A stretch of DNA of 64,000 nucleotides from an uncultured Actinomycetota bacterium (GCA_963723255.1 CAVRQA010000012.1:33555-97554); one strand, 5' to 3'. Positions 19,220 to 30,171 are shown, counted from the stretch's first letter. Notes: generated from the letters alone by a model not told the origin. Numbers and translations are program-made.

Positions 19220-20255
19220 ATGCTCACGCGCGGTCTCCGGACGGTCCTGGTCGTGCTCCTGCTCGGGACGGGTGGGGGTGTGGTCGTCGCGGACACTGCG
19301 CCGGTGAGCTCGGCCCGGGCGGCACGCCCCGCCGCAAAGGTCGCTGTGCCACGGCATCGACCGCAAGGACGTGCGCGGCGACAAGCCGACGTACACCCGC
19401 AAGGTGCTGGCCGACCACCGCAACCACAAGCGCGTGTGTCGCGGGATCTGGCTGCCCGAGCCGCGCCGTTACCTGGTGCCCCAGGGCATCGCAGTGCTGG
19501 GGCGCACCGCCTGGGTCAGCGGGTTCCGCTACCGGAAGGGCTACGGACAGCGGCCGTGCCAGCTGGTGCGCGTCAGCCTGGTCACGGGCCGGCGCGTTGC
19601 CTTCCACGCGGCGATCTACGGGCGGGTGGGGAAACGGCCGCGCACCTACTGCCGGCACGGCGGCGGCATCCTGCAGCGTGGTTCCTACCTGTGGATCGTG
19701 GAGAAGAACAAGCTCTGGCAGGTCGACCCGTCGCCGAAGAGGCGGGTGCTCCACGCCCGTCGGGTGTGGCGGATCGAGTCGCCGGTGCGCGGCTCCGCGA
19801 TCGTCGCCACCCGCAAGAAGATCGGCCTGGTGCCGTTCCGGACCCACGGACGGTCCCACATCTACTGGTTCTCCTTCAAGCACCTGAAGAGGCCCGGCGT
19901 GCTCGATCTCGCGGCCAGGTCCAAGGGAAGCAAGCAGCTCGGCGCCACGGCGCGGACCCGCGTGCCGACCTTCGTCCAGGGTGCGACGCTCGACTCCCGC
20001 GGCCGCCTCTATCTCGCCCGTTCGACACTCGCCTGCGGCGAGCTCGTGACACCTGGTGGTCGGAGGCTCGGGTTCGTGCCCGGCGCCGAGGGCCTCCAGT
20101 TCAGCCCCCGCGGCCGGCGGCTCTACGCGGTCAGCGAGTCCGGTGCGCGGCCCTACGTCAAGTCGCGCAAGCCGCTGACCCCGGCCGTGAGCAGCTTCGA
20201 GTGGCCGGGTCTGCTCCGCGGCAGGAAGCCCGACTGCCGGTTCCCGGCGTACTGA
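19220..20255 (+). CDS. Secreted, highly basic hypothetical protein, probably a beta-propeller (frameshift near 19350)
   Basis: MLTRGLRTVLVVLLLG signal from ATG 19220 continues into ORF 19371..20255 with PQGI, HGGG, VQGA, GAEG motifs. Confidence 0.65.
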
Positions 20256-21470
20256 CTGACGACACCGCTCGTCGGCGTCCACCTCGTCGTCGGGGATCTC
20301 GAACCAGATCTCTGTGCCACCGCCGGCGACCGGCTCGGCCCCGACGCGGCCACCGTGGGCGCTGATGATCCGCGAGACCGTGGCCAGGCCGATGCCGTGG
20401 CCCTCGACGTCGTCCCGATGCGGGTGAACAGCGAGAAGACGTCGACCCGGTGCTCCTGCGGGATCCCGACGCCGTTGTCGTGGAAGGAGATCCGCCAGGC
20501 ATCGGGCAGCTTCCGGGCCGAGATCTGCACCTGGACAGGGACCCCGGGGCGGGCGAACTTCACGGAGTTGGTGAGCAGGTTCTGCAGCACGGAGTACATG
20601 TCGTCCGGATCGGCGTGTACGACGGGCAGGTCGGCGGTCTCGACGGTGGCGCCGGTGGCGTCGAGCAGGTCGGCGGAGTTGAGCACGAGCTGCTGCGCCA
20701 CCTGACCCAGGTGGACCTCGGCGAGGTCGGGCTCCTCCCCGGCAGCGCCGTACTCCATCGACTGGTCGAGCATCCTGCTCATCCGTTCGGTCGCACGCAC
20801 CGCACGCTTCAGCAGGGCGTCGATGAAGGGGGAGCGGTCCTCGAGCTCGTCGGCGAGCATCTCCACGCTCGCGGTGATCGAGCTCAGCGGCACCCGCAGG
20901 TCGTGGCTGAGCTCGGCGGCGAGCTGGGAGACGACCGTCGCCGCGACCTGGCCGGACTCCGGCGCGCTGAGTGCCGGGCGGGTGGAGCGCAGCATCCGCA
21001 GCTCGATCAGCTGCGTCACGTTGGTCGCGAGCGTCTCCAGGGATCCGCGCTGCAGCGCGGTGAGGGTCTTGACCTCGGGGTCGATGACGCACAGACGGCC
21101 GACCATCGCCCCGCTGGGGGCGTACAGCGGGGCCGAGGCGTAGAAGCGGGCGCCGGCGATGGTGCCGTCCACCCAGCCGATGTCGCGGAAGCGCGGATCC
21201 GCGTGCGCGTCCTCGATGGTGAAGACGCCCTCGGTGCCCATCGTGTGCTGGCAGAAGGTGTCGGTGGACGGCGAGACGAACGGCATGATGCCGTAGGTGA
21301 TCGGCACGTGGTACTCGTCATCCCTGCAGGATGGTGATGGCGGCCGCCTCGGTCTCGCAGATCTTGGCGACGAGCTCGACGATGTCGGCGAGGTCGGCGT
21401 CGTCCGCGCGCGACAAGATGGCCATCACGGCGTCGATATCGGGCCCGGGGTCCACGGCTCCCGGTTGCAT
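20256..21470 (-). CDS. GAF-domain sensor histidine kinase (frameshifted; 3' end approximate)
   Basis: GAF (FCQHTM...ADPRF...RFYASAPL), H-box LSHDLRVPLSSI, N-box QNLLTNSVKF, DNGVGIP, GHGIGLATV; ATG 21470. Confidence 0.85.
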
Positions 21471-21543
21471 CTACTCTCCAAAACCCCAGTCATCTGGGCT
21501 GAACCAGGGTGAAGACCCACTTTAGGACATTCGGAGGAGTGTC

Positions 21544-22107
21544 GTGAAGATCGCAATTCTTGTTGGTAGCACCCGGCCTGGCCGGAAAGGTTCCGCTGTG
21601 GGTCAGTGGGTGTACGACGCGGCCCGGCGTCGCGACGACGCCGAGTTCGAGCTCCTCGAGCTCGAGGACTTCGCGCTGCCACTCCTCGACGAGCCCGTGG
21701 ACGCGGGTGCGGCCAACCGGGAGTACGAGCGCGAGTCGACGCGCGCCTGGAGCCGCACGGTCGAGGGTTTCGACGGCTTCGTCTGGGTCACCCCCGAGTA
21801 CAACCACGGGGTCCCGGCCGCCATGAAGAATGCCGTCGACCTGCTCTACCCGGAGTGGAACAACAAGGCCGCCGGGTTCGTCGGCTACGGCATCGATGGT
21901 GCGACCCGGGCCGTCGAGCAGTGGCGGAGCATCCTGGCGGCGGTGGTCATGTTCACCACGCGTTCGCAGGTGGCGCTGAAGAACTTCGCGGACTGGGAGG
22001 ACGGCGAGTTCGCTCCCGGGGAGCGCCGGGCCGGGGAGCTGAAGCGGGTCCTCGACCAGGTCGTGGCGGCCACGGGTGCGGTCCGCCAGCTGCGTCAGCG
22101 ACCCTGA
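21544..22107 (+). CDS. NADPH-dependent FMN reductase
   Basis: GSTRPGR, VTPEYNHGVPAAMKNAVD. Confidence 0.92.
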   Translation: MKIAILVGSTRPGRKGSAVGQWVYDAARRRDDAEFELLELEDFALPLLDEPVDAGAANREYERESTRAWSRTVEGFDGFVWVTPEYNHGVPAAMKNAVDLLYPEWNNKAAGFVGYGIDGATRAVEQWRSILAAVVMFTTRSQVALKNFADWEDGEFAPGERRAGELKRVLDQVVAATGAVRQLRQRP

Positions 22108-22138
22108 GGTGTCCGGCGGCCGGTGCTAGCCTGAGAAA

Positions 22139-23374
22139 GTGGAACACGTTCTAGAAACGGGTGCTCCCGACGTCTTCGCCCCGGGCGCGATCGGGCCGGT
22201 GAGACTGCGCAACCGGATCATCAAGGCTGCCACGTACGAAGGGCTGAGCCATCGCTCCCGGGTCACGACCGACCTGGTCGACTTCCACCGCGAGTACGCC
22301 GCGGGCGGGGTCGGCATGACCACCGTCGCCTACTGCGCCGTCTCCCCGGACGGCCGCACGGCGCCCGACCAGATCCTGTGGACCGACGAGGCGATGCCCG
22401 GTCTGCGCGCGCTCACCGACGCGGTGCACGACGAGGGCGCAGCGGTTTCCGCGCAGATCGGCCACGCCGGCCCCGTGGCCGACCCGCGGGGCAACGGGCT
22501 CCCGGCACTCTCGCCCAGCACCCGGTTCCCGAACATGTCCGGCGGCATCTCGCGGAAGGCGAAGGTCGCCGACCTCGAGCGGATCACCGCGGACCACGCG
22601 GCGGCCGCCCACCGCGCCATCGAGGCGGGCTTCGACGCGGTCGAGGTCCACCTCGGGCACAGCTACCTGCCGAGCGCGTTCCTCAGCCCGAGGATCAACC
22701 ATCGCAAGGACGAGTTCGGTGGCTCGCTGGCCAACCGCGCTCGGTTCGCCCGCGGCATCCTGCGAGCGGTGCGGGACGCCGTGGGTGGCCGGATCGCGAT
22801 CCTGGCCAAGCTCAACATGTCCGACGGTGTCCGCGGCGGGATCACCGTCGAGGAGGCGATCCGGACCGCGCAGTGGATCGAGCAGGACGGCACGGTCGAC
22901 GCCCTCGAGATGACCGGCGGCAGCTCGCTGCTCAACCCGATGTACCTCTTCCGTGGCGGGGCGCCGGTCAAGGAGTTCGTCGACGTGATGCCGCAGCCGA
23001 TCAGGACGGCGATGCGGTTCGCCGGCAAGCAGTTCATCCGCGAGTACCCCTACCGCGACGCCTATCTCCTCGAGGACGCGCGGAAGGTCCGGGCGGAGAT
23101 CGCCCTGCCGATGGTGCTCCTCGGCGGGATCACCGACCGCGCCTCGATGGACCTCGCCATGCGGGAGGGCTTCGAGTTCGTGGCCATGGGACGGGCCCTC
23201 CTGCGCGAGCCCGACCTGGTCAACCGGATCCAGGCGGACCCGGGCACGCCGTCGCTGTGCATCCACTGCAACCGCTGCATGCCGACCAACTTCGTGGGCA
23301 CGCACTGCCCCGTGGTCCACGAGGGCAGCTCGCGGTCCGACGACTGGGGGACCCCCGGCGGGTACGCCCCCTAG
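22139..23374 (+). CDS. NADH:flavin oxidoreductase (old yellow enzyme family)
   Basis: LRNRIIKAAT, QIGHAG, AGFDAVEVHLGHSYL, DEFGGSLANRARF, C-terminal CIHCNRC. Confidence 0.92.
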   Translation: MEHVLETGAPDVFAPGAIGPVRLRNRIIKAATYEGLSHRSRVTTDLVDFHREYAAGGVGMTTVAYCAVSPDGRTAPDQILWTDEAMPGLRALTDAVHDEGAAVSAQIGHAGPVADPRGNGLPALSPSTRFPNMSGGISRKAKVADLERITADHAAAAHRAIEAGFDAVEVHLGHSYLPSAFLSPRINHRKDEFGGSLANRARFARGILRAVRDAVGGRIAILAKLNMSDGVRGGITVEEAIRTAQWIEQDGTVDALEMTGGSSLLNPMYLFRGGAPVKEFVDVMPQPIRTAMRFAGKQFIREYPYRDAYLLEDARKVRAEIALPMVLLGGITDRASMDLAMREGFEFVAMGRALLREPDLVNRIQADPGTPSLCIHCNRCMPTNFVGTHCPVVHEGSSRSDDWGTPGGYAP

Positions 23375-23419
23375 GAGACACGCCTCGGGCCGGTCCACGC
23401 GCACCTCTACTGTGCGGGC

Positions 23420-24270
23420 ATGGACTTCGAGTTCGACCGTGGCATCGCCGTGGAACGCACAGCGGCGGGGGAGTACGCCGCCCGGCTCGACCCCGGCTGG
23501 GTCGTCGGTGGGGGCCTCAACGGCGGCTACCTGCTCGCGGTCATCGGCAACGCCGATCCGTGCCGAGCTCGCCGAGTCGGGACAGCCCGACCCGGTGAGC
23601 GTGAGTGCCTACTACCTCACGCCCGACCACGCCCGGCCCCGCCGTCGTGCGAGTGCGACGGGTCCGCGTGGGTGGGCAGACGCTCCACGGTGGCGGCCAG
23701 CCTGATCCAGGAGGAGGACGGCGTCGAGGTCGAGCGCATCACCGCGCTGGGCGTCTACGGCTCGCTCGACCGGATGCCTGCCGAGGTCCAGCGCGAGATC
23801 CCCCCGCCCGATCTGCCTCCCCTGGAGGACTGCGTCGAGGCGAGGTTCGCACCCGGAGGAGGTGCGCCGGATCGCGCCCCTGCTGGAGCGGTTCGGCACC
23901 CGGCTCGACCCGGCGTACGCCGGCTGGGCGGTGGGCAAGCCGAGCGGGACCGGCATCATCCAGGGCTGGTTCGAGCTGGCCGACGGCCGGCCACTCGACC
24001 CCATCGCGCTGCTGCTCGCCGTCGACGCACTGCCGCCGGTCACCTTCGACCTGGGTCTGCCCGGCTGGGCTCCGACCCTCGAGCTGACGGCCCACGTGCG
24101 CGCGAGCCCGGCGCCCGGATGGGCGATCGTGCGGCACGCGACCAGGAACATCTCCGGCGGCCAGTTCGAGGAGGACTGCGAGGTCTGGGACTCCGACGGG
24201 CCGGTTGGTGGCCCAGTCGCGCCAGCTCGCGCTGCTGCCCAGGGGCCCGGCGAACGGCCAGCAGGTCTAG
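23420..24270 (+). CDS. TesB-like double-hotdog thioesterase family protein (frameshifted)
   Basis: GGGLNGGYLLA, DALPP, WAPTLELTAHVR, EEDCEVWD, QSRQLA distributed over three frames; TAG at 24268-24270. Confidence 0.85.
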
Positions 24271-24406
24271 ACGGGTTGTACCCGTTTTGTGCCGATTGTG
24301 GGCTCCGGCTGGTGTCTGGCCCCCAGGCGGCTGACACTTACCCGACGGGGGCGGAGAAGGGCGCGTCCTCGCCACGTGTTTTTGGCAGAGGGGGAGTCTC
24401 GGAACT

Positions 24407-25699
24407 ATGAGGGGCAAGATCGGCCTCGCGGCGCTGTTGCTGAGCGTGCTCTTCTGGGCGCCCGGAATCCAGGCCGCAGACCCCCACGGCGTCTCCCGTG
24501 TCGAGGCCCTGGCCTCCGCGCTGCTGCAGCCCGCCAGCGTCACCGTGCCCGTTCCCGAGGCGCCGATCACGGTCACCAACGCCGCCGCAGCGAACAGTCG
24601 CGGCTGGTTCGGGTCGGACCTGGCCCCCTCACCCGAGGACCTGACCGACGACGTGCTCGCGGCGTACACCCTCGCGGTCGCCATCTCGCCCCCGGAGTGC
24701 CACATCACGACCCCGCTGCTCGCGGCCATCGGCCAGGTGGAGTCCGGCAACCTCGCCGGCCACACCCTCGATGACGGACACCGGGTGTCGCCGGAGATCC
24801 TGGGCCCGGTGCTCGACGGAGACCGCTACCGCGCGGTCGCGGACACCGACGGAGGCGCCTGGGACGGCAACAAGACCTGGGACCGGGCACTCGGCCCGAT
24901 GCAGATCATCCCGTCCACGTGGCGCGTCGTCGGGCTGGACATGGACGGTGACGGTCTGCGCGACCCGCAGAACATCTACGACGCCGCGGGTGCCGCCATG
25001 GTCTACCTGTGCGCGGGCGGTCGGGACCTCTCGACGGCCGACGGGCTCCGGGAGGCGGTGCTCTCCTACAACGCGTCGCCGGCCTACCTGAGTGCCGTGC
25101 TGGAGTGGGCGGCCGTGTTCGCGAAGGCCGACCTCAGCGGATCGGGCGCGGTGCCGTTCGTCGCTGCCCTCGAGATGTCGCCGAGCAGCGCTCCGTTGCC
25201 CGAACCGCCGGTGACCCGCGTCGCGGAGCCCTCCGGGTCCACGCCGACGGCCGCGTCACTCAGCCCTCGGACCACGGATGCCGCCCCAACGACGACGACA
25301 CCGAGGCAACCGGCCACGTCGGCCCCGACGCCCGCGGGCAGCACCGGGACGCCCACGCCGAACGCACCCGGCACACCGGGCACACCAGGCCCGACGCCCG
25401 GTTCGACGCCTGATCCGACGCCGAGCGCGACGCCGGACCCGACGCCGGACTCTGGTCCGTCGGCCCCCGCGACCAACGCACCGGATCCGACGCCCAGCGG
25501 GGACCCGGGGCCGAGTGAGGACCCGCAGCTGCCCGAGTGCCCCGTCCCGGACCCGGATGCCACGGACGCGGCCGAGCAGGCGGAGCCGGCGCAGGACGAG
25601 CTGGTCGTCTCACCGGAGACCTGCGAGCCACCGGAGGGCTACGAGTTCGACCTGGAGACAGGCGAGCTGGTCCTCGTGCCGCCGACCCCCGCGCCCTGA
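24407..25699 (+). CDS. Secreted lytic transglycosylase-like protein with Pro/Thr-rich tail
   Basis: Signal peptide, LLAAIGQVESG, DTDGG..DG...DRALGPMQIIPSTW, DMDGDGLRDPQNIYDAA, YN. Confidence 0.88.
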   Translation: MRGKIGLAALLLSVLFWAPGIQAADPHGVSRVEALASALLQPASVTVPVPEAPITVTNAAAANSRGWFGSDLAPSPEDLTDDVLAAYTLAVAISPPECHITTPLLAAIGQVESGNLAGHTLDDGHRVSPEILGPVLDGDRYRAVADTDGGAWDGNKTWDRALGPMQIIPSTWRVVGLDMDGDGLRDPQNIYDAAGAAMVYLCAGGRDLSTADGLREAVLSYNASPAYLSAVLEWAAVFAKADLSGSGAVPFVAALEMSPSSAPLPEPPVTRVAEPSGSTPTAASLSPRTTDAAPTTTTPRQPATSAPTPAGSTGTPTPNAPGTPGTPGPTPGSTPDPTPSATPDPTPDSGPSAPATNAPDPTPSGDPGPSEDPQLPECPVPDPDATDAAEQAEPAQDELVVSPETCEPPEGYEFDLETGELVLVPPTPAP

Positions 25700-25701
25700 G
25701 C

Positions 25702-26775
25702 TCAACCGGCGGTTGGTGCGGTGTCGAACATCGCTCGGTCCATCGCGAAGACGAACCGCCGGCCGGGGTACTCCGTGAGCGACCAGAACTGGTCGGTCGA
25801 GGGCCAGTAGGTGATGTCTTCCGGGCCCACGGGCAGCGCCCTCCGGAAGCGGCGGAACCGGCCCGGTTGCCCGACGTACATCTGCCCGAGTCGGTAGCGA
25901 CCGCGGCTGGAGGTGACGTAGTAGGTGTCGCCGACGATCGCCGCGCCCTGCATGTGTCCCAGGCCGCGATCGTCGAGCCAGATCGGACGTGACCGGCCGT
26001 CCTTCTGGGTGGCGAGGTGGAAGGTCTCGGGGTCGAGGGGGTAGCGGACCAGGCGCCGGGTCGCGTCGGCGCGCCCGTACTCGCCCGCCACGAGCTGGGG
26101 TGGGCGGGATCCGCGGTCCAGGGACAGGAAGGAGTACCTCATCTCCTCCACGCCGTCGCTGGCCGCCGCGTCGTAGGCGAACCGGACCGGCAGCACGAAC
26201 CGGTAGCCGAACGCGTCCTCGGGCGTCCCGACGCGGATGATGTCGTCGACCAGACAGCTGAACAGGCCACGCCGCGTGCCGGCGACGTGCAGGTAGGGCC
26301 CGCACCACACGAGACCGCCCGCGTGCACGAGCAGGGGCTTCAGCTCCACGTGTCCCCGGCGGGTCCTCTCCGGCAGCACCAGCAGCACGTGGCGGTACGC
26401 CAGGCTGTCGAGGTCGACCACGGAGATGCGGCTGCCGAGGTTGGTCCCGCGCACGAGCTTGGAGTACCAGCTCGTCATCAACAGGCGTCGCCCGTCGACG
26501 TCCTCGGTGTCGGTGGCATCCGCGGACGTGGTGATCCCCTGGGGCCACCATCGATCGGTGGACTGGTCGCGCTCGTTCCACCGGAAGCCGCGGTCCACCA
26601 CCATGCCGGGCACCGGTGCGCGCGCGGCCTGGCGGTTCAGGTGGGTCAGCACTCCGGAGAGGCCGACCCGGAGTCCGAAGCGGTCCACGGCTGCCTCGAT
26701 CTCCGCGACGTTCTCGTCGGTGCGCCGCAGGTGGATGCTCGACGGGTCCGCGCTCACCGCACCATGATCACTCAC
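25702..26775 (-). CDS. Hypothetical protein, probable beta-propeller, no signal peptide
   Basis: 357-aa ORF with WWPQGIT, VHAGG, HMQGA, GPEDI, SLTEY motifs. Confidence 0.75.
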   Translation of the reverse strand: MSDHGAVSADPSSIHLRRTDENVAEIEAAVDRFGLRVGLSGVLTHLNRQAARAPVPGMVVDRGFRWNERDQSTDRWWPQGITTSADATDTEDVDGRRLLMTSWYSKLVRGTNLGSRISVVDLDSLAYRHVLLVLPERTRRGHVELKPLLVHAGGLVWCGPYLHVAGTRRGLFSCLVDDIIRVGTPEDAFGYRFVLPVRFAYDAAASDGVEEMRYSFLSLDRGSRPPQLVAGEYGRADATRRLVRYPLDPETFHLATQKDGRSRPIWLDDRGLGHMQGAAIVGDTYYVTSSRGRYRLGQMYVGQPGRFRRFRRALPVGPEDITYWPSTDQFWSLTEYPGRRFVFAMDRAMFDTAPTAG

Positions 26776-26788
26776 CTAGATTGGGCGC

Positions 26789-27189
26789 GTGCGTGAGGTG
26801 GTGGGTGCGGCGATCCTCGAGCACGGCCGCGTGCTCGCGGCCCGTCGGGCGCGGCCCGCGGCGCTCGCAGGTCTCTGGGAGCTGCCCGGCGGCAAGGTCG
26901 AGGACGGGGAGTCGCTCGAGCAGGCTGCGGTGCGTGAGATCGAGGAGGAGCTCGGGTGCCTCGTCGAGGTGACGGGTGTGCTGGACGGGGTGTCAGCGGT
27001 CGTCGCCGGCTCGGGCACCAAGGACCTGGTGCTGCGGGTGGTGACCGCCCGCCTGGCTGTGGGCGACCCGGTCCCGCACGAGCACGACGCGGTGCGGTGG
27101 CTGGGCGTGCCGAGCTCGACGAGGTCACCTGGGCGGAGGCGGACGTGCCGTTCCTGGACCCCCTGCGTGACCTGTTGGGAGTCGGCTGA
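26789..27189 (+). CDS. NUDIX hydrolase, MutT-like (frameshift near 27108)
   Basis: Nudix box [27 protein letters not shown]; C-terminus [15 protein letters not shown] in a shifted frame. Confidence 0.88.
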
Positions 27190-27458
27190 TGCGGGGTGTC
27201 TTCTTCGACGAGGACCACGCTCGCACCGTCGTGTCCCGGCTGGTCCGCGACGGCTTCGACGCCACCTGCGAGCGGGAGCCGTTCGCCGGCGAGGACGACG
27301 ACGAGGACCACCCGTGGGTGGTGTCGACCGATGCGCCCGTGGTGCTGCTCGAGCTGCTCGTGGAGGAGTACGACGGGTGGCTGGAACCCGACCAGCCGAC
27401 GGCGCCTGCCACACCGCTCGTGCTCCCGACTGCCCCTCGCCGGGTCAAGCGGACCTAG
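27189..27458 (+). CDS. Small acidic hypothetical protein
   Basis: 89-aa ORF coupled to the NUDIX stop (TGATG); [15 protein letters not shown]. Confidence 0.7.
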   Translation: MRGVFFDEDHARTVVSRLVRDGFDATCEREPFAGEDDDEDHPWVVSTDAPVVLLELLVEEYDGWLEPDQPTAPATPLVLPTAPRRVKRT

Positions 27459-27485
27459 TCCGCGGCGCCATCTAGGATTCGGCGC

Positions 27486-28391
27486 ATGAACAAGCACCTC
27501 CTGCTCGTGCACGCCCATCCGGACGACGAGAGCATCGGGCAGGGGGCGACCATGGCCCGCTACGCCGCCGAGGGAGTCGGCGTCACGCTGGTCACCTGCA
27601 CGGGCGGCGAGATGGGCGAGATCCTCGTCCCGGAGTTCGAGCACATGGCCGCCGACCAGGACGACACCCTCGCCGAGCAGCGCCGGGTCGAGCTCGACAA
27701 CGCCATGAAGGCGCTGGGCGTGGCCGACTACCGCTACCTCGGTGGGTTCAAGCGCTACCGCGACTCCGGGATGCAGTGGCACGCGGAGGGCCACGCCGTG
27801 CCCGCGGACGACGTGCACGAGAACGCCTTCTGGAACGCGGACCTCACCGAGGCCGCCGCCCACCTCGTCGAGATCATCCGCGAGGTGCGGCCGCAGGTGC
27901 TCGTCACCTACGACGAGTTCGGCGGTTACGGCCATCCGGACCACATCCAGGCCCACCGGGTCGCGACGTACGCCGTGTCGCTGGCGGCCGTGTCCTCCTA
28001 CCGGCGTGACCTCGGCGAGGCCCACGACGTCGCGAAGGTCTACTGGGGTGCGATGTCGGCCACCAAGGTGCGAGAGGGGTTGCGGGACCTGCGTGCGGCA
28101 GGGGACCTGACCACCTTCGAGGGCATGGATCCCGACGGCGAGCTGCCGAAGTTCATGGTCGAGGACGCCGACCTCACCGCCGTGATCGACGCGGACGACT
28201 ACGTCGGCGCGAAGATGGACGCCATGCGCGCCCACCAGACGCAGATCGCGGTGGACGGCCCGTTCTTCGCCTTCTCGAACAACAAGGGCAACGAGATCTG
28301 GGGCACCGAGTACTTCCGCATCGCCAAGGGCACCCCTGGCCCGACCGGGCCCGAGGGCCTGGAGACGGACCTGTTCGCCGGGCTCCGGTGA
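27486..28391 (+). CDS. mshB: GlcNAc-Ins deacetylase MshB (mycothiol biosynthesis)
   Basis: LLLVHAHPDDESI, VTCTGGEMGE, YRDSGM, GGYGHPDHIQAHRV, AMRAHQTQI, DLFAGL. Confidence 0.93.
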   Translation: MNKHLLLVHAHPDDESIGQGATMARYAAEGVGVTLVTCTGGEMGEILVPEFEHMAADQDDTLAEQRRVELDNAMKALGVADYRYLGGFKRYRDSGMQWHAEGHAVPADDVHENAFWNADLTEAAAHLVEIIREVRPQVLVTYDEFGGYGHPDHIQAHRVATYAVSLAAVSSYRRDLGEAHDVAKVYWGAMSATKVREGLRDLRAAGDLTTFEGMDPDGELPKFMVEDADLTAVIDADDYVGAKMDAMRAHQTQIAVDGPFFAFSNNKGNEIWGTEYFRIAKGTPGPTGPEGLETDLFAGLR

Positions 28392-30163
28392 CGCGAGTGT
28401 CGGACTCCCTGGGTGGGAAGGTCGCCGCTCTCACCATGCTCGGGCTCCTGGGGATCATCGGTGCCCTCTGGGTCGGCGTCTACCTCTACGCCGGGGACGA
28501 GGCTCCGCGCAACGCGCAGGTCGAGGGTGTCAGCATCGCGGGCCTCGCGCCCGCCGCCGCCGAGAAGAAGCTGCGCGCCGAGCTGGAGTCGAGGACCGAC
28601 GACCCGATCTCCGTCAGCTACGGCGACGGACGCATCGTCACCGTGAACCCCCGGAAGGCAGGCCTGAGCATCGACTACCCGGCCTCGATCCGGGAGGCGG
28701 GAGGCGGGTCGGGCTTCGGTCCCGGGCGCATGTGGGAGCTCATCACGGGAGGCGGTGACCACCACGCGGAGGTCGCCGTCGACCAGTCCGAGATGCAGGC
28801 GGTCCTCGACGACCTGAGCAGCGGCATCGGCCAGCGTCCGAAGGAGGGCGACATCGTCTTCCGGGACGGTCGTGCGATCCCGGTCTACGGTGCGCCCGGC
28901 CAGGTCGTCTCGCGGGGAGCGACCCAGGAGATCCTCGAGCAGCGGTTCCTGCACGGGGGTTCGCAGAAGCTGCCCACGGAGGTCAAGGAGCCCGAGGTCT
29001 CGGACGCCGCCGTGCGCGATGCGCTCGAGACCTTCGGCACGCCGGCGATGTCGGCGCCGGTGACGCTGGTGCTTGCGGGTCAGCGGGTGGTCGCGCCGCC
29101 GCGGCTGTTCGCCGAGGGCCTGTCCATGGAGCCGGTGGACGGCCGACTGGAGCCGCGGGTGGACGGCGGGCTGATGCTCGAGGCGCTGGAGCCGGCGATG
29201 CGCACGATCGGACGTGAGCCCGAGGACGCACGGATCGAGGTCCACAAGGACAAGCCCCGGGTCGTGCCGGCGCGGGTCGGCGTCGAGATCGACCCGGAGG
29301 AGCTGGAGGAGCGGTTCGCCGAGGTCGCCGTACGGGTTGGAGCGGAGCGTCGTCTCACGCTGAGCGGCCAGGCGACGCAGCCTTCGTTCACCACCGCCGA
29401 CGCAGAGGCGCTCAAGGTGACCCGGCGGGTGAGCACCTTCACGACCTTCTTCCCGTACGCCGAGTACCGCAACGTCAACCTGCCCCGCGCCGCCGAGCTG
29501 ATCGACGGCACCCTGCTGCGACCCGGCCAGACGTTCAGTCTCAACGACACCGTCGGAGAACGGACCGAGGCCAACGGTTTCACCGAGGGCTACATCGTCT
29601 CCGACGGCATCTTCCGGAAGGACCTCGGCGGGGGTGTCTCCCAGATCGCGACGACCACCTTCAACGCGATGTACTTCGCCGGGCTCGAGGACGTCGAGCA
29701 CAAGCCGCACTCGGTCTACATCGACCGCTACCCCGAAGGGCGCGAAGCGACCGTCGCGTGGCCGTCGGTGGACCTCCGGTTCACGAACACGACGCCCTAC
29801 GGCGTGCTGATCAAGGCCCGTGTGCGCAAGTCGACACCGACCAGAGAAGGTGCGGCAACGGTGTCGATGTACTCCACGAAGCACTGGCGCATCACCAGCA
29901 GCAAGGGGCCGAGGACCAACATCACCCAGCCACAGGTTCGCTACCTCCAGGAGGCCGACTGCGAGGAGGCGTTCGGGACCGAGGGGTTCAGCATCAACGT
30001 CTTCCGGACCTTCCGTGCCCTCGGGTCCGGCAAGGTGCTGCGCAAGGAGAAGTTCCACACCGACTACATCCCGGGCGACACCGTCCGGTGCGGCGCGCCG
30101 CCGAAACCGGAACCCGAGCCCAAGCCGAAGCCGAAGCCGAAGCCGAGGAACCGCAACAACTGA
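28388..30163 (+). CDS. VanW family membrane-anchored protein with PG-binding-4-like repeats
   Basis: N-terminal TM; FSLNDTVGERT, GGGVSQIATT, HSVYIDRYPEGREATV, DLRFTN; PK-repeat tail. Confidence 0.9.
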   Translation: MTRVSDSLGGKVAALTMLGLLGIIGALWVGVYLYAGDEAPRNAQVEGVSIAGLAPAAAEKKLRAELESRTDDPISVSYGDGRIVTVNPRKAGLSIDYPASIREAGGGSGFGPGRMWELITGGGDHHAEVAVDQSEMQAVLDDLSSGIGQRPKEGDIVFRDGRAIPVYGAPGQVVSRGATQEILEQRFLHGGSQKLPTEVKEPEVSDAAVRDALETFGTPAMSAPVTLVLAGQRVVAPPRLFAEGLSMEPVDGRLEPRVDGGLMLEALEPAMRTIGREPEDARIEVHKDKPRVVPARVGVEIDPEELEERFAEVAVRVGAERRLTLSGQATQPSFTTADAEALKVTRRVSTFTTFFPYAEYRNVNLPRAAELIDGTLLRPGQTFSLNDTVGERTEANGFTEGYIVSDGIFRKDLGGGVSQIATTTFNAMYFAGLEDVEHKPHSVYIDRYPEGREATVAWPSVDLRFTNTTPYGVLIKARVRKSTPTREGAATVSMYSTKHWRITSSKGPRTNITQPQVRYLQEADCEEAFGTEGFSINVFRTFRALGSGKVLRKEKFHTDYIPGDTVRCGAPPKPEPEPKPKPKPKPRNRNN

Positions 30164-30171
30164 CTCGGCAG

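Noticed and set aside
27451-27462. GGACCTAGTCCG (and ACCTAGTCC near 31195) as further dre-like boxes
   Set aside because: The left half-site is poor, and the first coincides with a TAG stop codon; insufficient support.
30100-30150. Short CCGAAG tandem repeat
   Set aside because: Encodes the PKPKPK low-complexity tail of the VanW protein; not an array.
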